Positions 38,548-48,935 of a stretch of DNA of 62,999 bases are shown in pieces; position 1 is the first letter of the stretch; every line of letters begins with the position of its first letter. Position numbers and translations under genes: made by a program. Where the stretch lies: NCBI GenBank assembly GCA_948433085.1, contig CAOJDP010000004.1, positions 1-62,999 on the forward strand, in the 5' to 3' direction. The notes beneath the pieces were generated by a model, which was not told the DNA's origin, did no database searches, and saw only the letters and a list, made by a program, of their open reading frames with translations. This DNA is from an uncultured Bacillales bacterium (GTDB lineage Bacteria > Bacillota_I > Bacilli_A > RF39 > UBA660).

Positions 38548-39255
38548 ATGAAAGAATTATATAAATTGGAAAATGTTTATAAAACATACAAAAACTATGA
38601 TACCGATTATCATGCTTTAAAAGACATCGACTTGACATTGAATAAGGGTGAAATTATCGTTATTTTAGGTCCGAGTGGTAGTGGAAAATCAACTATGTTA
38701 AATCTACTTTCAGGAATCGATTCTCCAAGTAAAGGAAAAATCCTATTTGAAGATACCAGAATTGATAAAATGAAAGAATCAGAGTTAATTGATTATCGTG
38801 CAAATAATTTAGGATTTATTTTTCAAAGCTATAATTTAATTCCAAGTTTAACAGTAAAAGAAAATATCGAATTAGGAAAAGAATTATCTGTCAATCCATT
38901 GTCAATGAAAGAACTTGTAAATCAAGTAGGCTTGGAAGGGCATTTCCATAAATATCCATATCAATTATCTGGAGGACAAATGCAGAGAGTCGCAATCGCA
39001 AGAGCCTTAGTAAAAAATCCAAAAGTATTGTTCTGTGATGAGCCAACAGGTGCTTTAGACGAGGAAACAGGAAAAAAAGTATTAGAATTATTACAGGACA
39101 TGAATGAACGATATCATACAACTATGATTATTGTAACGCACAATCCGAGTATAGCAGATATGGCACATACAGTGATTCGTATGAATAGTGGAACATTGGT
39201 AGAAGTAACACATAACAAAACCGTTCAAAAAGCCAGTGAATTGAGGTGGGCTTAA
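38548..39255 (+). CDS. ABC transporter ATP-binding protein (MacB/FtsE-like)
   Basis: Walker A GPSGSGKST, signature LSGGQMQRVAIARAL, Walker B LFCDEPTGALD. Confidence 0.9.
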   Translation: MKELYKLENVYKTYKNYDTDYHALKDIDLTLNKGEIIVILGPSGSGKSTMLNLLSGIDSPSKGKILFEDTRIDKMKESELIDYRANNLGFIFQSYNLIPSLTVKENIELGKELSVNPLSMKELVNQVGLEGHFHKYPYQLSGGQMQRVAIARALVKNPKVLFCDEPTGALDEETGKKVLELLQDMNERYHTTMIIVTHNPSIADMAHTVIRMNSGTLVEVTHNKTVQKASELRWA

Positions 39256-41823
39256 ATGAAATTATTATTGTTAAATGCATTCAAAGGTTTGCGAAAAAAG
39301 AAAATTCAAATGACAGGAATCATTTTTATGGTGATGTTGTCAATGGCAGTCTATGTAGGAACAAATATTGCAATTGATCGCTTAGAAGAGCGTTACTATA
39401 CTTATTTAGAAGAACAAAATGTAGAAGATTTAAGTGTAGGAGTTGCGATTGATTATAGTCAAGATGTAAGTGAAGAAGATTTGAATTATTTATTAGAACA
39501 TCAGTTCAAAAATAGTACAGAAGAAGAACGTATGCTTTTAGAACAATATCGTATTTACTTAACAAATCCCATATATGATACAAAAATGCTTTATACAATT
39601 CAAAGCTTGTTTGAAAAGTATGAAGCAGATATCTATTTAAAAACGAGAATTTTGGATTCTTTAAAAGAAAAATACAATTTTGTATATGAATTTGAACGTT
39701 CTAAAACAGTTTCTGATGATAAAAAATTAATTAAAATATTACCTTATACAGAAAAGCAAATTAATAAACTATATTTAGTAGAAGGTAAATTTCCAAAAGA
39801 AGACAATGAAATTGTAATCCTGCCTAGTTATGCAAAAGCCAATACATTAAAAATAGGGGATACTTATACAATAGGAGAATCCTCTTATAAAATAGTAGGA
39901 CTTGCATACGCACCTGATTATATCTATCCACTCATTTCTTTCAGTATGCCTATATTTGATAGTAAAAATAACAATATTGCTATTATTACAGATAATGCAT
40001 ACCAAAATGTAGTAGGGATTCAGGATAATAGCATTGCATTAGACTATCAATTTCAAACCAACCGTAAATTTGAAATAACTGTATCCATGGAAGCAAATGA
40101 GGAAACAGAAAAATCTATGTTTGCAGATGACCCTGTTATGCGTATTTTAGATGAAGATAAAATTATAATGGATATGAACACAGTAACACGTTTGGGAAGA
40201 ATTGCAGCATTACAAATGGAATTTGCATCCAATCGCTTATTTGCAGAATGTTTCTTATACTTATTACTTGCAATTTCTGTTTTAATTATAGTAATTATTA
40301 CCAAAAAAAGAATTGATGATGAACGTTTACAAATTGGTGTCCTAAAATCTTTAGGATATAATCGTTTTGGAATTGCAGCAAGTTATTTGGTATACCCTGT
40401 GGTGGGATCAATCATAGGTGGAATTTTGGGATATATTGTAGGTGTAGTCGTACACTATCCAATTTCTAATATATTGCTAAGTTATTACACAGTACCATTG
40501 GAAAATTATCAATTAAATTTCAGTTATTTAGCCAAAGCCGTATTCACACCAATGATTAGTTTATCTATTTTAAGTTATCTTATTGCTTTATTTATGTTAC
40601 GCAAAAAGCCTTTAGCTTTATTAAAAGAAGGAAGTAATTTAAAGGTAAATTTCTTTAGTCGTGTTGTAAACAAAATTAATTCCTTCTTTCCATTCCATTA
40701 TCGATTTAAATATTCACTTGCATTCCGTAGCCTGGGAAAACTCTTTATTGTTACAATTACTTCTTTTTGTACAGGACTATTGATTGTCTTAGTATTAATT
40801 GGCTCTAATTTATTTAATCATATGATAGAAGAAAGCTTTAGTGGAATACAGTATCAATATTTAGTTATGCTAGGACAATTTGATTATAAAGACGGAAGTG
40901 AATATCAAGAAGCAGATTATGTGTTAACTGTAAGTGTTCCGTTGCAAAAGATTACAGATCAGAATGGTAATGAAAAAACACTAGAGACAAAAGAAGGAGA
41001 CGAAATCAATTTCTCTTTGACAGGACTAGATACCAGTGCAAAATATATTCAAATTTTAAATAAAGAGAAAAAAAATATCATTAACCTATTAGAGGATGAA
41101 GAAGCGATTGTTGTCAATGAAAACGTAAAAGAATTATATGGATTGGAAGTAGGAGACCAATTACATTTTCAGCATGAAACAATTGATATGACTTATAGAA
41201 TATCTGGATTTAATAACGAATTTATGGGAAAAAGTGGATATATCAATCGTGAAAGTTTAAGTTCTAATTTAGGACTGGGAACAAATGCCTATACTTCGAT
41301 TTATTCCAATGAAAAAAAATATGAATCATTCCGAAATTTATCCACAGAAGAAGTTTCTAAAATCGCTTATATTTTAAATATGAATGATTTGAAAGCAAAT
41401 ATTGAAAAACAGATGGATCGTTTCAATGGAAGTATTTATATTATCATTGCCTTTGCCTCTATTATGGTGCTTGTAATTATTTCTGTCATTGCAAATATCG
41501 TAGTAGAAGAAAATAAAAAAACAATTTCTTTATTGAAAGTTATGGGATATAAAAACCAGAAAATTAGCAGTATGGTACTCAATATTTATACACCATTTAT
41601 TATCATTGCTTATTTACTTTCTATCCCTGTGATGATTTCTATTTTAAAAGCAATTGTAGTTGCATTAGTAGGAGATATTGAAGTGACAATTCCAATTACC
41701 ATCTCACCATTCCTTGCGACAGTAGGATTAATGGGGTTATTAATCGCTTACTATATCGCAATTGGATTATCCAAACGAGTATTGAATAAAGTTCCACTTG
41801 CGGTGGCACTCAAGAGGGAGTAG
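39256..41823 (+). CDS. ABC transporter permease with two FtsX domains and a large extracytoplasmic region
   Basis: 855 aa. Two FtsX-type 4-TM bundles (around aa 330-460 and 730-850) are separated by soluble domains. Confidence 0.87.
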   Translation: MKLLLLNAFKGLRKKKIQMTGIIFMVMLSMAVYVGTNIAIDRLEERYYTYLEEQNVEDLSVGVAIDYSQDVSEEDLNYLLEHQFKNSTEEERMLLEQYRIYLTNPIYDTKMLYTIQSLFEKYEADIYLKTRILDSLKEKYNFVYEFERSKTVSDDKKLIKILPYTEKQINKLYLVEGKFPKEDNEIVILPSYAKANTLKIGDTYTIGESSYKIVGLAYAPDYIYPLISFSMPIFDSKNNNIAIITDNAYQNVVGIQDNSIALDYQFQTNRKFEITVSMEANEETEKSMFADDPVMRILDEDKIIMDMNTVTRLGRIAALQMEFASNRLFAECFLYLLLAISVLIIVIITKKRIDDERLQIGVLKSLGYNRFGIAASYLVYPVVGSIIGGILGYIVGVVVHYPISNILLSYYTVPLENYQLNFSYLAKAVFTPMISLSILSYLIALFMLRKKPLALLKEGSNLKVNFFSRVVNKINSFFPFHYRFKYSLAFRSLGKLFIVTITSFCTGLLIVLVLIGSNLFNHMIEESFSGIQYQYLVMLGQFDYKDGSEYQEADYVLTVSVPLQKITDQNGNEKTLETKEGDEINFSLTGLDTSAKYIQILNKEKKNIINLLEDEEAIVVNENVKELYGLEVGDQLHFQHETIDMTYRISGFNNEFMGKSGYINRESLSSNLGLGTNAYTSIYSNEKKYESFRNLSTEEVSKIAYILNMNDLKANIEKQMDRFNGSIYIIIAFASIMVLVIISVIANIVVEENKKTISLLKVMGYKNQKISSMVLNIYTPFIIIAYLLSIPVMISILKAIVVALVGDIEVTIPITISPFLATVGLMGLLIAYYIAIGLSKRVLNKVPLAVALKRE

Positions 41824-41827
41824 ATTT

Positions 41828-42535
41828 ATGGAAAATTTAATTGAAATTCAAAATGTATATAAAACATATCAATTGGGAAAAGTAGACAGCCAAGCTTTAA
41901 ATGATGTTTCTTTAAAAGTAGGGAAAGGTGAAATACTAATCATATTAGGACCAAGTGGAAGTGGGAAAACAACATTGTTAAATGTAATATCAGGTTTAGA
42001 TAAGATTAGCAAAGGTAAAATCTTATATGAAGGCAAAAATATAGCTAAATATAGAGACTATAAAATGACTCGTTTTCGCAAAAAAAATTTAGGGTTTATT
42101 TTTCAAACTTATAATTTGCTTGAACATTTAAACGTATATGAAAATGTTTTAGTGGGCTCTTCTTTAGGAAACGTATCAACGGATGTTGACACGATTATTG
42201 ATACCGTTGGATTAACAAAACATAAGAAAAAATATATGTACCAGTTATCAGGTGGAGAACAACAACGTGTATCCATCGCAAGAGCCCTTGCTAAAAAACC
42301 ATCCGTCATGTTTTGTGATGAGCCAACAGGCGCTTTAGATGAAAAAACAGGCAAAGTGGTTTTAGAATCATTAGTGGAAGCGAATGAAAAATTAGGAACA
42401 ACTATGATTATTGTCACACACAACCCTGGAATTGCCTTAATTGGAGATCGCGTAGTTCGTATGAACAGTGGGAAAATTGTAGAAATTAAAGAAAACAAAA
42501 AACGCATGGCTCCAAAAGAGATCCCATGGGGTTAG
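41828..42535 (+). CDS. Second ABC transporter ATP-binding protein (MacB/FtsE-like)
   Basis: GPSGSGKTT, LSGGEQQRVSIARAL, MFCDEPTGALD. The ATG at 41828 follows GGGAG; the track start at 41798 overlaps the permease. Confidence 0.9.
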   Translation: MENLIEIQNVYKTYQLGKVDSQALNDVSLKVGKGEILIILGPSGSGKTTLLNVISGLDKISKGKILYEGKNIAKYRDYKMTRFRKKNLGFIFQTYNLLEHLNVYENVLVGSSLGNVSTDVDTIIDTVGLTKHKKKYMYQLSGGEQQRVSIARALAKKPSVMFCDEPTGALDEKTGKVVLESLVEANEKLGTTMIIVTHNPGIALIGDRVVRMNSGKIVEIKENKKRMAPKEIPWG

Positions 42536-42699
42536 AATATTAACTGTTTGCGCTTAGAAATAGAAGAATCTATTCCGATTGGTTTGATTTTTCAGTATAT
42601 ATTATGATATGATGTATATGGGTGGAGGAAATTCATACAATAAAAAAGGAACACTTAACTTTTGCAATAGTTGAGTGCTTACCTATAATACATGGTATG

Positions 42700-42741
42700 G
42701 CACCTGAATTCATTTGTTGAATTAGGTGCTTATTATTTTTT
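42700..42741 (+). terminator. Terminator-like hairpin downstream of the ABC operon
   Basis: GCACCTGAATTCA...TGAATTAGGTGC stem (one bulge) followed by TTATTATTTTTT on the plus strand. Confidence 0.55.
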
Positions 42742-42831
42742 GAGTTCTGTTAGAATCAGGAGAAGTAAAAATAAAATGATGATTATGTGTTTGAGAAAAT
42801 ATAAAGTAAAAGCTCTTTTTTTCATAATCAT
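42733..42831 (-). CDS. 32-aa hydrophobic peptide (small membrane protein or type I toxin-like)
   Basis: Minus strand: RBS GGAAGGAGGAAT, then ATGATTATGAAAAAAAGAGCT... = MIMKKRAFTLYFLKHIIIILFLLLLILTELKK*. An upstream TTGTAT-17-TATAAT promoter lies around 42905-42935. Confidence 0.4.
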   Translation of the reverse strand: MIMKKRAFTLYFLKHIIIILFLLLLILTELKK

Positions 42832-43169
42832 ATTCCTCCTTCCAATAATTAAAGTAGAAAGAGGCAAGCACCAACTAAGTTACATGTTCCAAATATATTA
42901 TACTATTTATCTATGATATATACAATACTAAATTGCACTTTTAATCTATAAATGTAAATAATAAGGTTGAACTACATAAGATAAAAAAGAAATTTTATAT
43001 AGTAAAAAGAATATATTTTAGATGTAAACTTTATTAATAAATGGTAAAACACTGTTTTATAAAAAATGCAGTGTTTTTTCATCAATCATATCTAATATTT
43101 ATTCTCACTGAAATAAACTAGAATTTTATTACCAATATATGGTACAATAGTAAAAATGAGGTATGAAAA

Positions 43170-45776
43170 ATGGAAAAAATAATATTAGTAGATGGAAATA
43201 ACTTGTTATTTCGTAGTTATTACGCGACTGCATATAATGGGACAATGATGATGAATAGTAAAGGGTTTCCAACGAATGCATTATTTGGTTTTGCAAACAT
43301 GATGAATAAAATAATATTAGAAGAAAAACCAACTTATATGATTGTTGCCTTTGATAAAGGGAAAACCTTTCGTCACGCAGAATATGAAGATTATAAAGGA
43401 GGAAGAGCAACTACCCCTGACGAACTCAAAATGCAATTCCCAAAAGCCAAAGAAATGTTAACCTATATGGGAATTCAGTATTATGAATGTGATAATTATG
43501 AAGCAGATGATATCTTAGGCACATTTGCAGCATATTGTGATAAAGATCCTAATTTTATTGGAACCATTGTAAGTAGCGATAAAGATTTATTGCAACTCAT
43601 TAGTGATGACATAGATATAAAATTACTAAAACAGAAAGATTATATCAGATATAATAAGCAGACTTTTCATGAAGCATATGGAATTGATCCAATTCATGTC
43701 ATTGATTTAAAAGCCCTTATGGGTGATTCTTCCGATAATATACCTGGAGTACGTGGAGTTGGAGAAAAAACGGCTTTAAAGATGCTGCAAGATTATAAAA
43801 CATTAGATGGTGTTTATGAGAACTTAGATCAATTTACCCCAAAAATGAGGGAGAAATTAGAAAGTAGTAAAGCAGATGCTTATTTAAGTTATCATTTAGC
43901 AACAATTGTACGTGATGTTCCAATGGAAATTCGTATAGAGGATGTCAAATGTAAAGCAAAAGATCACGCAGCTTTAAATAAATTATATGAAGAATTAGAA
44001 TTTTATTCATTTTTAAGAAAAGAAGATAAAGAATTACCTCATCAAGCACATACCAATCGGGAATTTAAAACCATTCATGATATGAATGAAGTAAATATTA
44101 CCAAACCTTGTGCAGGTTATTTAGAAATACTAGGAGTCAATTATCATACTGCCCCTATTTTAGGACTTGCAATTTATAATGATGAAGATGCCTTTTATAT
44201 TCCAATCGATATTTTAAAACAAAATCCAGAAAAAATATGTAATTTCATAGAGTATACATATGATTATAAAAAAATTTATACAGCTTTAAAATGGCATCAA
44301 ATTGTTTTAAAAAATATCCATTTTGATACCATGATTGCAGCTTATTTATTAGATTACAATATCAAAGATGATATCGCATATCTTGCCAATCAGTTTGATT
44401 ATGAAATACCATTTTATGAAAATGTATTTAAAAAATTGAAAACAAAAGAAATTTATGAAGAGGATAATGCAGACATCACTGCATATCATGCAATTTTAAA
44501 AGCAGAGTTCATTTATAAAACAAAAGATTTATTTGCTAAAAAGTTAAAAGAGGAAGAGTTGAATACACTTTATGAAGAAATAGAAGTTCCACTCGCAAGA
44601 GTTTTAGCAGATATGGAATATAATGGAGTGCATATCGATCAAGAAGAATTGAAAAAAATGGGAGAAGAAATCCAAATCAAAATAGAATTGATAGAAAAAG
44701 ATATTTATAATGATGCAGGCTGTGAATTTAATATCTCCTCTCCAAAACAATTAGGGGAAATTTTATTTGAAAAATTAAATTTACCACATGGAAAGAAAAA
44801 TAAAAGTGGATATGCAACTTCTGCAGATATTTTAGAAAAAATCAAAAATGATCATCCAATCGTAAATAAAATATTAGAATATCGAATGTTAACAAAGTTA
44901 TATACAACCTATATAGAAGGATTGATGAATACTATCTTAAAAGATGGAAAAATCCATACTATTTTTACACAGACCTTAACGAGAACAGGAAGACTTTCTT
45001 CCATAGATCCTAATCTACAAAATATACCTATTCGTTACGAATATGGAAGACTGATTCGAAAAGCTTTTGTTCCAAGTGCAAATTCCATTATAATTAGTGG
45101 AGATTATTCACAAGTAGAACTTCGTATATTGGCCCATATGGCACATGTAGATACTTTAATTGATACATTTAAAAAAGGAGTTGATGTGCATACAAAGACT
45201 GCTGCAGATATCTTTAAAGTAGAAGAAAACCAAGTGACAAATGATATGCGACGTATTGCGAAAGCAGTTAATTTTGGTATCATTTATGGAATTAGTAGTT
45301 ATGGTCTTTCGGAAAATGTAGGCATTACACCTGGGGAAGCCAAAGTATTCATTGATAATTACTTTGAAAGTTATCCAGGAATTAAAGAATATATGGATAC
45401 GATTGTCATGAAAGCATATTTAGACGGATATGTGCGAACATTGATGAATCGGAAGCGCATTATACCTGAATTAAATAATAAAAATAGATTCATTCGTTCT
45501 AGTGGAGAACGTATTGCTTTAAATACACCAATTCAAGGAACAAGTGCGGATATGATCAAAAAAGCTATGGTAGATATTGATAAAAGATTCAAAGAAGAAA
45601 ATATCAAATCTAAAATGATTTTACAAGTACATGATGAACTTGTCTTTGATACATTAGAATCAGAAAAAGAAAAAGTGATAGAAATTGTAACAGAATGTAT
45701 GGAACATGTAGTAGAGCTAGACGTACCCCTTCATGTGGATATTGAATATGGTGCGAATTGGTATCAAGCAAAATAG
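43170..45776 (+). CDS. polA: DNA polymerase I
   Basis: 5'-nuclease domain (LVDGNNLLFRSYYA, GDSSDNIPGV) and family A polymerase motifs (DYSQVELRILAH, RRIAKAVNFGIIYG, QVHDELVF). 868 aa. Confidence 0.95.
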   Translation: MEKIILVDGNNLLFRSYYATAYNGTMMMNSKGFPTNALFGFANMMNKIILEEKPTYMIVAFDKGKTFRHAEYEDYKGGRATTPDELKMQFPKAKEMLTYMGIQYYECDNYEADDILGTFAAYCDKDPNFIGTIVSSDKDLLQLISDDIDIKLLKQKDYIRYNKQTFHEAYGIDPIHVIDLKALMGDSSDNIPGVRGVGEKTALKMLQDYKTLDGVYENLDQFTPKMREKLESSKADAYLSYHLATIVRDVPMEIRIEDVKCKAKDHAALNKLYEELEFYSFLRKEDKELPHQAHTNREFKTIHDMNEVNITKPCAGYLEILGVNYHTAPILGLAIYNDEDAFYIPIDILKQNPEKICNFIEYTYDYKKIYTALKWHQIVLKNIHFDTMIAAYLLDYNIKDDIAYLANQFDYEIPFYENVFKKLKTKEIYEEDNADITAYHAILKAEFIYKTKDLFAKKLKEEELNTLYEEIEVPLARVLADMEYNGVHIDQEELKKMGEEIQIKIELIEKDIYNDAGCEFNISSPKQLGEILFEKLNLPHGKKNKSGYATSADILEKIKNDHPIVNKILEYRMLTKLYTTYIEGLMNTILKDGKIHTIFTQTLTRTGRLSSIDPNLQNIPIRYEYGRLIRKAFVPSANSIIISGDYSQVELRILAHMAHVDTLIDTFKKGVDVHTKTAADIFKVEENQVTNDMRRIAKAVNFGIIYGISSYGLSENVGITPGEAKVFIDNYFESYPGIKEYMDTIVMKAYLDGYVRTLMNRKRIIPELNNKNRFIRSSGERIALNTPIQGTSADMIKKAMVDIDKRFKEENIKSKMILQVHDELVFDTLESEKEKVIEIVTECMEHVVELDVPLHVDIEYGANWYQAK

Positions 45777-45814
45777 CATTGACAGTATGTTTCATCTTGT
45801 GTTAGAATAATCCT

Positions 45815-46017
45815 ATAAATTGAGGATGAGAGACCAGTAGTTTTTAGTATTTATGTCAAGAAAGTTCGTGGTTGATGTAAACGAAACATAAATTAAAAAT
45901 GAATCTACTCTCTAGAAAAATGGAAACATTTTCGGATAAAACCGTTAGCTGTAATAAAGTTATTAGTAGGATGGTACCGCATCATTATGCTCCTATGCTA
46001 ATAACTTTTTCTCTTTT
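45815..46017 (+). promoter_or_regulatory. T-box leader (Ser specifier) controlling the resident serS
   Basis: Promoter TTGACA(45779)-N17/18-TAGAAT. Stem I elements GGATGAGAGA..CCAGTAG. Candidate specifier TCT followed by A at 45904-45907. T-box sequence AGGATGGTACCGC at 45968-45980. Terminator arms TTATTAGTAGGA / TCCTATGCTAATAA followed by CTTTTT. Confidence 0.8.
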
Positions 46018-46194
46018 AGTGCTATATGGAGTAAATTACACAACAAAAAGTGATGAATGGGGAAGAGCATTTCTTAGATATTGAAAGGATAGAAGGTAGA
46101 TTGCTTGTATAATTGCATTCTATGAGAAAATGGATAACATGAAATAAGAATGATGACGAATATCATAATCGAAAGTAGAAAAGAGGAAATAATA

Positions 46195-47433
46195 ATGATA
46201 GATATTAAATTTTTAAAAGAAAACAAGGAAGTAGTAAAGGAAAATATTAAGAAGAAATTTCAAGATAGTAAATTACCATTTGTAGATGAAGTGGCTAATC
46301 TTTATGATCAAAAAAGAGAATTATTATCTGAGGTAGAAGGAATCAGTGCTGAAAGAAATCGTCAAAGTAAAGAAATTGGAACTTTGATGCGGGAAGGAAA
46401 AAAAGAAGAAGCAGAACAAATCAAAAAAGAAATAGCGGATTATGGAGATAAAATAAATATTTTAAATAAAGAAATTGATTTATTAGAACAAAAAATTACC
46501 GAAATTATGCTGGTAATACCAAATATCATTGATGATTCTGTTTCCATTGGAAAAGATGATAGTGAGAATGTAGAAATCGAAAAATTTGGAGAACCAGTAG
46601 TCCCAGATTATGAAATCCCTTATCATGCTGATATTTGTGAAGCTTTAAGTGGATTAGATAAAGAATCAGCTGGAAGAACAAGTGGAAATGGTTTTTATTA
46701 TTTAATGGGAGATATTGCAAGATTACACTCTTCTATGATTAGTTATGCAAGAGACTTTATGATTGATAAAGGATTTACTTATTGTGTACCACCATTTATG
46801 GTTCGTAGTGATGTAGTAAATGGTGTCATGTCATTTGCAGAGATGGATGCTATGATGTATAAGATTGAAAATGAGGATTTGTTCTTAATTGGAACATCAG
46901 AGCATTCTATGATTGGTAAGTTCAAAGGACAATTAATTAAAGAAAGTAAATTACCAATTGCTATGACATCTTATTCTCCATGTTTCCGAAAAGAAGTAGG
47001 TGCACATGGTTTAGAAGAAAGAGGTCTATATAGAGTGCACCAATTTGAAAAACAAGAAATGGTTGTATTATGTAAGCCTGAAGAGTCAATGGAATGGTAT
47101 AACAAAATGTGGCAGTTTACAGTAGAATTTTTTAGAAGCTTAGATATTCCTGTTAGAACACTAGAATGTTGTTCTGGTGATTTAGCGGATTTAAAAGTAA
47201 AATCATGTGACGTAGAAGCGTGGAGTCCAAGACAGCAGAAATATTTTGAAGTAGGGTCATGTTCTACCTTAGGGGATGCACAAGCAAGAAGATTAAGCAT
47301 TCGTGCGAAAGGGGAAAATGGAAATTATCTAGTTTCTACATTAAATAATCCTGTAGTAGCCATATGCACTCAAATAGGAAATTGGTTGAAATCCTTGAAT
47401 TTTCAAGCAAAATTGACTCCCACAAGTGCTTAA
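46195..47433 (+). pseudogene. serS: Resident serS, 5' 90% only; reading frame leaves SerS homology at ~47349 (disrupted by insertion)
   Basis: Collinear with the SerS at 47586-48875 up to ...YLVSTLNN. It then continues as the unrelated PVVAICTQIGNWLKSLNFQAKLTPTSA*. The real start is the ATG at 46195, after AGAGGAAA. Confidence 0.85.
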
Positions 47434-47585
47434 CGATTAATGAAAATAATGTTAAATTTTATCTTGAGAGTGTGAAAGTTATTGTTGCCGTTTGTGTTTA
47501 AAGGTAATTACTAAATCTTCTCACAAATATATTTGAAATGAAATTGGTAAAGTTATAATACCTAGTAAGAAAGGATTGATTGGAA

Positions 47586-48875
47586 ATGTTAGATATAAAA
47601 TTCGTACGAGAAAATAAAGACAAAGTAAAAGAAAATATTAAAAAGAAATTTCAAGATGAAAAACTGCCACTTGTAGATGAAGTAGTAGAATTAGATCAAA
47701 GAATAAGAGAATTAAAATTAAAAGGCGATTCTTTAAGACAAGAAAGAAATAGTACAAGTGATGAAATTGGTGCTTTATTTAGAGAAAAGAAAGTTGATGA
47801 AGCAAATGCCAAGAAACAAAAAGTTGTAGAAATTAATGAACAATTAGTAGAAATAGAAAAAGAAGAAAATGAATTATCAGAACAATTAAAAAGTAAAATG
47901 ATGGTTATTCCAAATATTATTGATGATAGTGTTCCTGTTGGAAAAGATGATAGTGAGAATGTAGAAATAGAAAAATTTGGAGATCCAATTGTACCAGATT
48001 ATGAAATTCCATACCATGCTGATATTATTGAATCATTAGGTGGGATTGATAAAGACAGTGCAGGAAGAACAAGTGGAAATGGTTTTTACTATTTGATAGG
48101 GGATATAGCAAGACTTCATGAAGCAACTATTGCCTATGCAAGAGATTTTATGATTAGTAAAGGTTTCACTTATGCAATACCACCTTTTATGATAAGAAGT
48201 GATGTAGTAACAGGAGTTATGTCATTTGCTGAAATGGATGCGATGATGTATAAAATTGAAGGCGAAGATTTATACTTAATTGGAACTTCTGAACATAGTA
48301 TGATAGGTAAATTTAAAGGTCAACTAATTGATGAAAAAGAATTACCTATTGCAATGACTTCTTATTCTCCATGTTTTAGAAAAGAAGTAGGAGCTCATGG
48401 ATTAGAAGAGAGAGGATTATATAGAGTACATCAATTTGAAAAGCAAGAAATGGTAGTTCTATGTAAACCTGAAGATGCAATGGAATGGTATAACAAGATG
48501 TGGAATTATACAGTAGAGTTCTTTAGAAGTATGGGAATAGCAGTTAGAACTTTAGAATGTTGTAGTGGAGATTTAGCAGATCTTAAAGTTAAATCTTGTG
48601 ATGTAGAAGCATGGAGTCCTAGACAACAAAAGTATTTTGAAGTAGGATCTTGTTCTACTTTAGGAGATGCTCAAGCAAGAAGATTAGGTATTAGAATGAA
48701 AACTGAAAATGGAAATCAATTTTTGGCGACACTTAACAACACAGTGATTGCCAGCCCACGCTCACTTATCGCAATTCTAGAACAGTCTTATCAAAGGGAT
48801 GGCAGTGTAAAAATACCAAAAGTATTACAACCTTATATGGGTGGATTAGAAGTAATCAAACCAAAACAAAAATAA
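47586..48875 (+). CDS. serS: Serine--tRNA ligase (complete, element-borne copy)
   Basis: Full-length SerS: coiled-coil N-terminal arm, class II motifs (SYSPCFRKEVGAHG, RVHQFEKQEMV) and motif 3 ATLNNTVIASPRSLIAILE. Short promoter-like leader with no T-box. ATG at 47586. Confidence 0.92.
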   Translation: MLDIKFVRENKDKVKENIKKKFQDEKLPLVDEVVELDQRIRELKLKGDSLRQERNSTSDEIGALFREKKVDEANAKKQKVVEINEQLVEIEKEENELSEQLKSKMMVIPNIIDDSVPVGKDDSENVEIEKFGDPIVPDYEIPYHADIIESLGGIDKDSAGRTSGNGFYYLIGDIARLHEATIAYARDFMISKGFTYAIPPFMIRSDVVTGVMSFAEMDAMMYKIEGEDLYLIGTSEHSMIGKFKGQLIDEKELPIAMTSYSPCFRKEVGAHGLEERGLYRVHQFEKQEMVVLCKPEDAMEWYNKMWNYTVEFFRSMGIAVRTLECCSGDLADLKVKSCDVEAWSPRQQKYFEVGSCSTLGDAQARRLGIRMKTENGNQFLATLNNTVIASPRSLIAILEQSYQRDGSVKIPKVLQPYMGGLEVIKPKQK

Positions 48876-48886
48876 TAGATTTTTAG

Positions 48887-48909
48887 CAGACTTAAATGTC
48901 TGTTTTTTT
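48887..48909 (+). terminator. Terminator after the element serS
   Basis: CAGAC-TTAAAT-GTCTG followed by TTTTTTT. Confidence 0.6.
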
Positions 48910-48935
48910 ATGCAATAAATAAAGGAGGTGTTAAA

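Noticed and set aside
45899-46084. 61-aa ORF upstream of serS
   Set aside because: It lies entirely within the T-box leader, covering the specifier region, the T-box sequence and the terminator. It has no RBS.
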